Origin: an uncultured Sideroxydans sp.
GTDB lineage: Bacteria; Pseudomonadota; Gammaproteobacteria; Burkholderiales; Gallionellaceae
Length of the DNA stretch: 43,923 nt
Reading direction: 5' to 3'
NCBI GenBank assembly: GCA_964568895.1
Contig: CAZMSI010000001.1
Coordinates: 1-43,923 of the forward strand
Under the pieces are notes generated by a model. That model searched no databases and had not been told where the DNA came from. It worked only from the letters and a program-made list of their open reading frames with translations. Made by a program: the position numbers and the translations under genes. Position 1 is the first letter of the stretch. Every line of letters starts with the position of its first letter. Of this stretch, positions 8,979 to 15,896 are shown one piece after another.

Positions 8979-9430
8979 TCCCTTCCTGTCGTAGTGTTCG
9001 CATTCAATGTAACCTTGCGCCCGTCAGGCAGTATTTCGAATCCGATCGTCATGTCCGCCTGCGGCAGCAATTCCTGTGCTTTCTCCGGCCATTCTATCAG
9101 GCATATGTTACAGCCGTTGAATTCATCCCGGAAACCCGCCGCTTCCCATTCGCTGGCGTCGCGGAAGCGATACAGATCGAAGTGGCGCAAGTGTAACCCA
9201 GCTGCTTCGTATAGCTCAACCAGCGCATAGCTCGGACTCTTTACCCGGCCGCGGTGGCCGAGCGCATGCAGCAGCGCGCGCACCAGCGTGGTCTTGCCCG
9301 CGCCGAGATCGCCCTGCAGCCAGATCGTAAGGCCGGGCCGTAGTACCTGCGCCAGTTTTGCGGCAAAGGCTGCGGTGGCGGCCTCATCGGCCAGCTGCAG
9401 GGTTATTGGGCTATCATCTGCGTCATGCAA
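8954..9430 (-). CDS. tsaE: tRNA threonylcarbamoyladenosine (t6A) biosynthesis ATPase TsaE
   Basis: LQGDLGAGKTTLVRALL P-loop and SPSYALVELY...HFDLYR. Only the 3' ~480 nt of the 353-aa ORF is TsaE-like. The start is assigned to in-frame TTG 9430, since there is no ATG or GTG upstream of the P-loop region. Confidence 0.8.
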   Translation of the reverse strand: MHDADDSPITLQLADEAATAAFAAKLAQVLRPGLTIWLQGDLGAGKTTLVRALLHALGHRGRVKSPSYALVELYEAAGLHLRHFDLYRFRDASEWEAAGFRDEFNGCNICLIEWPEKAQELLPQADMTIGFEILPDGRKVTLNANTTTGRECLGKLPN

Positions 9431-10507
9431 AACACGGTACCTCAAGTCATCGATTACACCACGCTTGCCGCGAACATCAAGGAATGGGGCAGGGCGCTGG
9501 GCTTCCAGGCGGTGGGCATCAGCGATACCGAACTCGGCAGCGCCGAAGCGCGCCTGATGCAATGGCTGGCGCACGGCTATCACGGTGCGATGGATTATAT
9601 GGCAAAACACGGTGCCAGACGTGCGCGCCCGGCCGAGTTGTTGCCCGGCACGCTGCGCGTGGTCTCGCTGCGCATGGACTATTACCCGCCGGCAGCGAAA
9701 GATGCCTGGCAAGTGCTGGATGATGGCAAGCGTGCCTTTATCTCGCGCTACGCGCTGGGGCGCGACTACCACAAGGTGCTGCGCAACCGCCTGGAGAAAC
9801 TGGCGCGGCAGATACGTGCAGCAGTTTCGGATGCAGAATGCCGCGTGTTTGCCGACAGTGCGCCGGTGCTGGAAGTGGAACTGGCGCAGCGCGCACATCT
9901 CGGCTGGCGCGGCAAGCACACGCTGCTGCTGTCGCGTGAGCGCGGCTCGTGGTTTTTCCTCGGCGAGATCTACATCAACCTGCCGCTGCCGCTGGATGAA
10001 CCGGCGCAAGACCATTGCGGAAACTGCACGCGCTGCATCGAAATCTGTCCCACGCAGGCCATCGTCGCACCGTACCAGCTCGATGCGCGGCGCTGCATCT
10101 CCTATCTCACCATTGAATTGAAAGACAGCATTCCCGTCGAACTGCGGCCGCTGATCGGCAACCGCATCTATGGCTGCGACGATTGCCAGCTGGTGTGTCC
10201 GTGGAACCGCTTTGCACAGGTCTCCGTCGAGCCGGATTTCACGGTGCGCAACGGGTTGGATGACATCAAGTTAACGGAGCTGTTCAGGTGGGAAGAAACG
10301 ACCTTTGCGGAGCGCTTCGCCGGCAGCGCCATCCATCGCATCGGGCACGAACAGTGGCTGCGCAACATCGCGGTGGCGCTGGGCAACGCGCCACACAGTA
10401 ACGAGGTGGTTGCGGTTTTGCAACATCGCGCGCAACACCCGTCCGTTCTGGTGCGCGAGCACGTCGCGTGGGCGCTGCAGCGGCAGGCACAGGACAAGGA
10501 TTCTTGA
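9425..10507 (+). CDS. queG: epoxyqueuosine reductase QueG
   Basis: Collinear with E. coli QueG. Contains YHGAMDYMAKHG, two 4Fe-4S motifs (CGNCTRCIEICP, CDDCQLVCPWN) and a HEAT-like C-terminus. Confidence 0.92.
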   Translation: MQNTVPQVIDYTTLAANIKEWGRALGFQAVGISDTELGSAEARLMQWLAHGYHGAMDYMAKHGARRARPAELLPGTLRVVSLRMDYYPPAAKDAWQVLDDGKRAFISRYALGRDYHKVLRNRLEKLARQIRAAVSDAECRVFADSAPVLEVELAQRAHLGWRGKHTLLLSRERGSWFFLGEIYINLPLPLDEPAQDHCGNCTRCIEICPTQAIVAPYQLDARRCISYLTIELKDSIPVELRPLIGNRIYGCDDCQLVCPWNRFAQVSVEPDFTVRNGLDDIKLTELFRWEETTFAERFAGSAIHRIGHEQWLRNIAVALGNAPHSNEVVAVLQHRAQHPSVLVREHVAWALQRQAQDKDS

Positions 10508-10546
10508 CAATTTCCCCTGCTCACTTAGAATTCGCGGTTCCCTTTC

Positions 10547-10622
10547 GGGCCGTTAGCTCAGTTGGTAGAGCAGTGGACTCTTAATCCATTGGTCGAGTGT
10601 TCGAGTCACTCACGGCCCACCA
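10547..10622 (+). tRNA. tRNA-Lys (anticodon CUU), CCA encoded
   Basis: Cloverleaf read by hand: acceptor GGGCCGT/ACGGCCC, D-loop AGCTCAGTTGGTAGAGC, anticodon stem GTGGA/TCCAT with loop CT-CTT-AA, and T-arm GAGTG-TTCGAGT-CACTC. Confidence 0.93.
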
Positions 10623-10628
10623 GATAAC

Positions 10629-10656
10629 AAGGGGTTACGCTTTGCGTAACCCTTTT
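10629..10656 (+). terminator. rho-independent terminator after tRNA-Lys
   Basis: Hairpin aaGGGGTTACGC-ttt-GCGTAACCCtttt, with one bulged G and a short T-run. Confidence 0.6.
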
Positions 10657-10727
10657 CCCCGGTAGTAACAGTTACATTCGTGAATGCGTGTTCTACGCGC
10701 GCTGAGGTAATAGATCGACAAGAGAAG

Positions 10728-11129
10728 ATGAGAACCGGAAGAATATTGGTCTCTGTATTCCTTTTTTTCACTTTATCCGGATGTATCTATGTCCCGGTAG
10801 TCAAAGAAAGCGATTCCGGATCGGCTACATGCAAAACTTTCACAAAAAGCATGACGCTTGATGCGGTCCAGCTACAAGGGAATATATCAGGGCACTGCGG
10901 CAATCAGGGTTGCGCTGCATTGCTGGCTAGTGCTGCGGTTGTATCCGCAGGAAGCGCCATAATCTCGGGAAGTATTGTCGTGACGGGAAACACGCTGCAT
11001 TGGCTGGAGTATCAAGGCACATGCAGTGATGGCTATCTCAATAAAACGAAGCAATTATTTTTCCATGCTCTGGGATTGGACAAACCAGCTAATGAAGTGC
11101 CTATTGAAAAGTCCGGGGAGGACTCGTAA
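10728..11129 (+). CDS. hypothetical Cys-rich lipoprotein (orphan, AT-rich gene)
   Basis: MRTGRILVSVFLFFTLSGC lipobox with a purine-rich stretch (agagaag) upstream of ATG 10728. Has a Gly/Ala/Ser-rich hydrophobic segment AALLASAAVVSAGSAIISGSIVVTG. No family recognised. Confidence 0.55.
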   Translation: MRTGRILVSVFLFFTLSGCIYVPVVKESDSGSATCKTFTKSMTLDAVQLQGNISGHCGNQGCAALLASAAVVSAGSAIISGSIVVTGNTLHWLEYQGTCSDGYLNKTKQLFFHALGLDKPANEVPIEKSGEDS

Positions 11130-11149
11130 ATATCAACGACTCTGGTTTG

Positions 11150-11335
11150 TCATTTGTCGCTATTTTCATATGTCGAAAGATATAAAAGAACCATTATCAC
11201 GACACCCATTCCCATTAATGCGTTATGCAGCCATGCGCTGACTATGCCTGCAAGCACAAGACCGATTACGAATATTGCTGCATTTTTCCAGGTGAATTTG
11301 ATATGCATCATGTCTCCCCAATATTTAAGGAACAA
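11150..11335 (-). CDS. hypothetical small two-helix membrane protein
   Basis: 61-aa ORF with two hydrophobic helices (AAIFVIGLVLAGIVSAWL, GMGVVIMVLLYL). AT-rich. The start could be Met 9 or 10. Weak evidence only. Confidence 0.35.
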   Translation of the reverse strand: MFLKYWGDMMHIKFTWKNAAIFVIGLVLAGIVSAWLHNALMGMGVVIMVLLYLSTYENSDK

Positions 11336-11360
11336 TGCCAGGGCAATTTAAAGTGCCCGC

Positions 11361-11804
11361 TTAGCCGTGTACTACAGAAATTGACTTGAAGGCAGGTGGA
11401 GTCTTGGCCCCGGTCACGTCGGCCAGCGTATATTTGTCCAACTCTGCGAGAAAATTGTTTTTTGCCCCGAACAGCACCCCTTTCAGATTGCAGGCCTTGG
11501 TGATTGCGCAGTTGTCCGTCTCTTTATTGAAGCATTCAAGCAGGTCCAGATCGGGTTCGGTTTTCCTGACCACCTCGCCGATGCCGATTTCGGCGGCAGG
11601 CCGTGCCAGCCTGATTCCCCCGTGCTTGCCTCTGCTGGTCAGGATATATCCGTTAAGTCCAAGCTCGTGCACCACTTTTACCAGGTGATTCCTGGATATT
11701 TTGTAGAAATCGGCCAGTTCGGAAATCGTCACGGTCTTGTCCTTGCTGTATGCAAGATACAGCAGGACGCGAAGCGAATAATCTGTATACAGGGTAAGGC
11801 GCAT
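11361..11804 (-). CDS. nsrR: Rrf2-family transcriptional regulator, NsrR-like (NO-sensing Fe-S repressor)
   Basis: MRLTLYTDYSLRVLLYLA wHTH N-terminus and three clustered Cys (C93, C100, C106) in LECFNKETDNCAITKACNL, giving Cx6Cx5C spacing. Divergent from a globin gene with NsrR-type palindromes between them. The start is Met 45 of the listed ORF. Confidence 0.82.
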   Translation of the reverse strand: MRLTLYTDYSLRVLLYLAYSKDKTVTISELADFYKISRNHLVKVVHELGLNGYILTSRGKHGGIRLARPAAEIGIGEVVRKTEPDLDLLECFNKETDNCAITKACNLKGVLFGAKNNFLAELDKYTLADVTGAKTPPAFKSISVVHG

Positions 11805-11851
11805 CTGAATAAATAAGCTGTTCGTTGTTGACAATATCAGCTGCCCGCAAT

Positions 11852-11874
11852 AAGATGTATTTGAAATGTATCTT
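11852..11874. promoter_or_regulatory. NsrR-type 11-1-11 inverted repeat (box 1, proximal to nsrR)
   Basis: AAGATGTATTT-G-AAATGTATCTT, compared with the E. coli NsrR consensus AAGATGCATTT-N-AAATGCATCTT. Lies 48 nt upstream of the nsrR start. Confidence 0.7.
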
Positions 11875-11907
11875 ACATTGGGCATGCGAAATATTTCAGT
11901 GCTTTCT

Positions 11908-11930
11908 AATATACATTTGAAATGCCATAT
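11908..11930. promoter_or_regulatory. NsrR-type inverted repeat (box 2, proximal to the truncated haemoglobin gene)
   Basis: AATATACATTT-G-AAATGCCATAT has a good left half and a weaker right half. Lies 35 nt upstream of the globin ATG, which has an AAGGAGG RBS. Confidence 0.55.
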
Positions 11931-11964
11931 ATACAATTATCCATGATTATTAAAGGAGGCAACA

Positions 11965-12327
11965 ATGAGTCTTTTCGAGGAGATCGGTGGCGAAGCGGCA
12001 GTAAATGCCGCAGTGGACATTTTTTATCGCAAGGTGCTGCAGGACGACCGTATCAAGCAGTTTTTCGACGGCGTCGACATGGATAAACAGGCTGCCAAGC
12101 AGAAGGCTTTCCTGACCATGGCCTTCGGCGGCCCGAACAACTATACCGGCGAGGACATGAGGAAGGGGCACGCCCATCTTGTGGCCAGGGGCCTGAACGA
12201 TTCGCACTTCGATGCCGTGGTGGAAGATCTCGCTGCGACGCTCAAGGAACTGAATGTCGCGGACAATCTGATCGCTCAGGTTGCAACCATCGCTGAAACC
12301 ACCCGTAACGACGTTCTGGGCAGGTAA
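11965..12327 (+). CDS. glbN: group I (N-type) truncated haemoglobin
   Basis: 120 aa. LFEEIGGEAAVNAAVDIFYRKVLQDDRIKQFF contains the Gly-Gly motif and B10 Tyr, and KGHAHL supplies the proximal His. Collinear with cyanobacterial GlbN and M. tuberculosis HbN. Confidence 0.88.
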   Translation: MSLFEEIGGEAAVNAAVDIFYRKVLQDDRIKQFFDGVDMDKQAAKQKAFLTMAFGGPNNYTGEDMRKGHAHLVARGLNDSHFDAVVEDLAATLKELNVADNLIAQVATIAETTRNDVLGR

Positions 12328-12342
12328 TTTCAGTAATTCTTT

Positions 12343-12381
12343 ATGGCGGGCCGCCTGGTGGCGGCCCGCCATATCTTTTTT
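12343..12381. terminator. rho-independent (bidirectional) terminator between glbN and the convergent HPP gene
   Basis: ATGGCGGGCCGCC-tggt-GGCGGCCCGCCAT, a 13-bp perfect stem, followed by atCTTTTTT. Confidence 0.85.
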
Positions 12382-12408
12382 CCCTGCGCTAACGCAGCGA
12401 GCAACGGC

Positions 12409-12957
12409 TCAAAACCATATTTCCGGGTAGCGGCGCGATTTCGGTATGTTGTTAACCAGCAGCGCGACGACCAGCAGGATGATCGGCCCGACCGTGGCCG
12501 GAAACAGCACATACCAGAATCCCAGGTTATGAATTTTGCCGGAGCCGATTACCGCGATGAGTGCGGTAGCGCCTCCGGGTGGATGCAGCGTGCGCGTGCC
12601 ATGCATGACGGCAATTGCAGTGGCGACGGCCATTGATTCGGCGAGCCACAAGTGCTGGCTCATGAGTTTCCAGCAGAGCACGCCGATTGCCGCCGACAGG
12701 ATATGCCCGCCAAGCAGGTTGCGGGGTTGCGCCAGCGGACTGCGGGGTGCGCCATACAACAGTACGGCGGTAGCGCCAAAGGAACCGATCATCAGCGCAA
12801 TGTCGTGCCCTTCGAAAAACAGGCTGCTGCCCCATGCGACGCCCGCAATTCCCAGGAATGCACCGATCCACGACCACAGGATTTCTGCGTTGCTCACCCG
12901 CGGCGGGCCGCCGCGGGTGGAGCCTTTCATTTTGGAAAAGTACTGGCGCAACCGCAT
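12409..12957 (-). CDS. HPP-family integral membrane protein (family contains nitrite transporters)
   Basis: LIGSFGATAVLLYGAPRSPLAQPRN, GGHILSA and the family signature HPPGGATALI. Start at Met 18 of the listed ORF, with GAGAGG upstream. Lies 7 nt after the CBS gene stop. Confidence 0.82.
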   Translation of the reverse strand: MRLRQYFSKMKGSTRGGPPRVSNAEILWSWIGAFLGIAGVAWGSSLFFEGHDIALMIGSFGATAVLLYGAPRSPLAQPRNLLGGHILSAAIGVLCWKLMSQHLWLAESMAVATAIAVMHGTRTLHPPGGATALIAVIGSGKIHNLGFWYVLFPATVGPIILLVVALLVNNIPKSRRYPEIWF

Positions 12958-12964
12958 AGGCCTC

Positions 12965-13576
12965 TCAAATAAAGGGACGCAAGAAGTCTTTGCGCAGCAG
13001 CAGGCCAAGCAGTCTGCCGTCGGCGCCTGTCACAGGCATGCTGCGGCCTTTGTGGCCGCCGAAAGCTTTCATGACCTCCATGAATTCCGCATCGGGGCCG
13101 ACCGTAACTGCCGGCTGCGTCATGGCTGTGCTTACCGGCATGCCATGGCAATGGTGGGTAAACTCAAACGAATCCTCGGACAACTTCAATGACAATTCCA
13201 GAAAGCTGCCGACCTTGAGACACCTGAGGAAATCGGTTTCCGTCAGCATGCCGATAACGATGCCGCCTGCGTCCACGACCGGAAGCCCCTTGTAGCCAGA
13301 ATTGGCAAGCGTTCTTGCGGCCAGATCGAGCGGCATGTCCGGAGTGAGCGGTTGTTCGATTTTTCGCATGAGGCGGCTGGCCGTCATTCCGCTGAACAGG
13401 CTTTCGACCGCATGACGGCGGGCAAGCTGATAAATGGCCCGAAAGTCCTCGGTCGTGATATCCAGATAACCTGGAATGTGCCGCATCGCATCCAGAATAT
13501 CTTCGTCGCTCAGGTTCAGCTCGGCCAGATCGTTATCTGGCTGGCCTTCCTTGTCGTTGCGAGATTGCTGAGTCAT
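12965..13576 (-). CDS. CBS-pair domain protein
   Basis: Two CBS repeats (MTASRLMRKIEQPLTPDMPLDLAARTLANSGYKGLPVVDAGGIVIGMLTETDFL and VSTAMTQPAVTVGPDAEFMEVMKAFGGHKGRSMPVTGADGRLLGLLLRKDFL). First gene of the CBS-HPP pair. Confidence 0.8.
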   Translation of the reverse strand: MTQQSRNDKEGQPDNDLAELNLSDEDILDAMRHIPGYLDITTEDFRAIYQLARRHAVESLFSGMTASRLMRKIEQPLTPDMPLDLAARTLANSGYKGLPVVDAGGIVIGMLTETDFLRCLKVGSFLELSLKLSEDSFEFTHHCHGMPVSTAMTQPAVTVGPDAEFMEVMKAFGGHKGRSMPVTGADGRLLGLLLRKDFLRPFI

Positions 13577-13585
13577 GATAGTATT

Positions 13586-13608
13586 AAGGTATATTTTAAG
13601 TATATCTT
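13586..13608. promoter_or_regulatory. NsrR-type inverted repeat (box 3) in the CBS-HPP / reductase divergent region
   Basis: AAGGTATATTT-T-AAGTATATCTT; the two half-sites agree at 9 of 11 positions, with the same spacing as boxes 1 and 2. Confidence 0.6.
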
Positions 13609-13694
13609 CTAAGGATATTGTACATTATCATTGGAATCAATACCCGACAAAAATAATAAGGACGGGTTGTTTTTTTGGAGAGAGGTAAGCGCCG

Positions 13695-14663
13695 GTGACC
13701 AAGATCATCTATCAAGGCCAGTCTTTTGACTGCGGGGAAAACGAGTCCGTGCTTGAAGCATTGACGGCGGGCGGGGTGGCGGTGCCTTCCTCCTGCAAGG
13801 CAGGTATCTGCCAGACCTGCCTGATGCGGGTAATCAAGGGGGAGGTCCCGGAAGAATCCCGCAAAGGCCTGAAGCCGACGCTTGCGGCACAGGGATATTT
13901 CCTGGCCTGCTCCTGTCACCCCGGCGCAGACATCGAGGTAGCGTTGCCGGAGCACGGGGCCGGCAGGTTGTCGGCCAGGGTGCTTGGCGTCGAACCGCTG
14001 AATGCCGACATTGCCAGCGTCAAACTCGCGCCGGCACGTCCTCTGGAATACCAGGCTGGCCAGTTCATCAATTTCTTCAAGGATGAAATGACCGCACGCA
14101 GTTTTTCCCTGGCCAGCGTGCCGGGGCTCGACGATGACCTCGAACTCCATGTGCGCAGGATTCCCGGCGGGGAAGTCAGCCCATGGATACACGGCCTGTC
14201 TGCAGGCGACGTTGTCGACATCTCGGAGGCAGCCGGCGATTGTTTCTATTTGCCCGGCAACCCGGATCAGGGTTTACTGCTGATCGGGACCGGATCGGGG
14301 CTGGCGCCGCTTTACGGCATCGTCAAGGATGCCCTGCTTCAGGGGCATACGGGCCCGATCAGGTTGTACCACGGCAGTCTGAATGTGGCTGGTCTTTATC
14401 TGGTCGACGAGTTGAGGGAAATTGCAGCAGCCCACCCGAATTTTTCCTATGCGCCATGCGTATCCGAGGAGGAGGCACCCGATGGGGTCAGGGACGGGAT
14501 CGTGCTTGATGTTGCGCTGGACGATGTTCCCGATCTATCGGGCTGGCGCGTCTACCTGTGCGGGAATCCGGCAATGGTGAATGCCGCGAAAACAAAAACC
14601 TTCCTCGCGGGTGCTTCGATGCAGAATATTTACGCCGATCCTTTCCTGCCCGCAAATACCTGA
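13695..14663 (+). CDS. 2Fe-2S ferredoxin / FAD / NAD(P)H oxidoreductase (FNR-like reductase with N-terminal plant-type ferredoxin domain)
   Basis: Cluster ligands SSCKAGICQTC...LACSC, FAD motif RSFSLAS, NAD(P)H motif LLIGTGSGLAP. GTG start with GGAGAGAGG upstream. Confidence 0.85.
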   Translation: MTKIIYQGQSFDCGENESVLEALTAGGVAVPSSCKAGICQTCLMRVIKGEVPEESRKGLKPTLAAQGYFLACSCHPGADIEVALPEHGAGRLSARVLGVEPLNADIASVKLAPARPLEYQAGQFINFFKDEMTARSFSLASVPGLDDDLELHVRRIPGGEVSPWIHGLSAGDVVDISEAAGDCFYLPGNPDQGLLLIGTGSGLAPLYGIVKDALLQGHTGPIRLYHGSLNVAGLYLVDELREIAAAHPNFSYAPCVSEEEAPDGVRDGIVLDVALDDVPDLSGWRVYLCGNPAMVNAAKTKTFLAGASMQNIYADPFLPANT

Positions 14664-14686
14664 TTAGGCCGTGCCGTTTTCCCGAC

Positions 14687-15754
14687 CTATGGCTGGTTGA
14701 GTCTGCGCAGCAGCCAGTCGGCAGCCTGTGCCGTGCCTTCCGGCTGCATCCGTTCCGGTTGCGACGTGTTCCAGAGGCCGGTCAGTTCGTCGGCGATGTT
14801 TCCGCGTTCCAGCGCATTGCGCGAAACTTCGCGGCACACGCCGTGCTGCTGCAGCCACTCGACCAGCGCGGGCGATTCCGGCCAGTCGGCGCGGCTGGCA
14901 AACAGCACCGGCGTGCCACAGCAGGCAGCTTCGACGAAGCTGCCATAGCCCGGTTTGCACAGCAGCGCATCGCAGCTTGCCAGCAGGTCGCTGAAATCCA
15001 GCGGCAGCGATTCGAGCGTGATGGCATCGGGGCGTTGCACCTGCCAGCTTGCCTGCACCAGCCAGCGCACCCCGGCGATGCGCGGCCAGCGTTCGATGGG
15101 CAGGCGGCTGGCGATACCGCCCAGACTTACCAGTACCAGTTTTTCTTCCTGCGACAGGCGCAACAAGCGGTTCAGTTCGTCGCGCCGGTTGTCGCCGATG
15201 TCGGCAAGCGGCGCAATCGGCACCAGGTTGGGCAGGTCGCGCATCGCCATACCTGGCGTGGCGCGCAGAAAAACATCAGCCCTGGCGTAGCAGTCATGTA
15301 TCTGTGCCGCGATGTCGTCTGCGCCAAGGTAATGGCGGTAGATGTCCGCCCAGTTCAGCGAACACAGCGCGGCATTGGCAATGTCCGCGCGCTGTGCGGC
15401 GGCTAGCGGCAGGTAACCGACATTCGAGAGCACCATGTCCGCGCCGAGTTCGCGCAGCAGAGCGGCTTCCTGTTCTACGCGCGTCTCCCAGTTGGTGTGG
15501 AATGCGCGATAGGCTGTGCGGCTTTTTTCGACCTGAACGTCGATTGCCGAAGACATCGCCATGCCGATGTCGCCCTCGTTTGGCAGGTGATCGAACGGCA
15601 CCCGGATGCGTGAATGCAGGTGGGCGGCCGGCACGCTGCTACGCACGATAAGGCGCAATTCCGGCATGCGCTGGTGCAGCAGGTTCAGGATGGGCGCGGT
15701 CTGCGCCACATGGCCAAAACCGTGGCCGGTGATGGAAACGACGAGGCGGGGCAT
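14687..15754 (-). CDS. GT-B fold glycosyltransferase-like protein (uncharacterised family)
   Basis: The N-terminal ITGHGFGHVAQ motif resembles the glycosyltransferase-like domain found N-terminal to plant arabinose kinases. The C-terminal half has a LCKPGYGSFVEA nucleotide-sugar-type motif. No donor or acceptor can be inferred. Confidence 0.6.
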   Translation of the reverse strand: MPRLVVSITGHGFGHVAQTAPILNLLHQRMPELRLIVRSSVPAAHLHSRIRVPFDHLPNEGDIGMAMSSAIDVQVEKSRTAYRAFHTNWETRVEQEAALLRELGADMVLSNVGYLPLAAAQRADIANAALCSLNWADIYRHYLGADDIAAQIHDCYARADVFLRATPGMAMRDLPNLVPIAPLADIGDNRRDELNRLLRLSQEEKLVLVSLGGIASRLPIERWPRIAGVRWLVQASWQVQRPDAITLESLPLDFSDLLASCDALLCKPGYGSFVEAACCGTPVLFASRADWPESPALVEWLQQHGVCREVSRNALERGNIADELTGLWNTSQPERMQPEGTAQAADWLLRRLNQP

Positions 15755-15896
15755 GGGCTGTGCTAAAAGTTGCTGGTTAATTATCTGGATATTATAAATA
15801 ATTTATTCTGTTTTCCCGTGGATTACATAGGCTCTTGTGGTTTGTTCCGGCCGGGTTTACTCTTTAGCAACATGAAACCTACGAGAGCATGTAATC

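Noticed and set aside
8954-10015. 353-aa ORF that would extend tsaE far upstream
   Set aside because: Only the C-terminal ~159 aa are TsaE-like. The upstream part is antisense to the well-supported queG gene and has shadow-ORF composition.
10547-15754. Complete integrative element at tRNA-Lys
   Set aside because: No integrase, excisionase, transposase or recognisable att direct repeat was seen. Only a compositional shift and orphan genes are present, so it is reported as a possible eroded islet rather than a mobile element.
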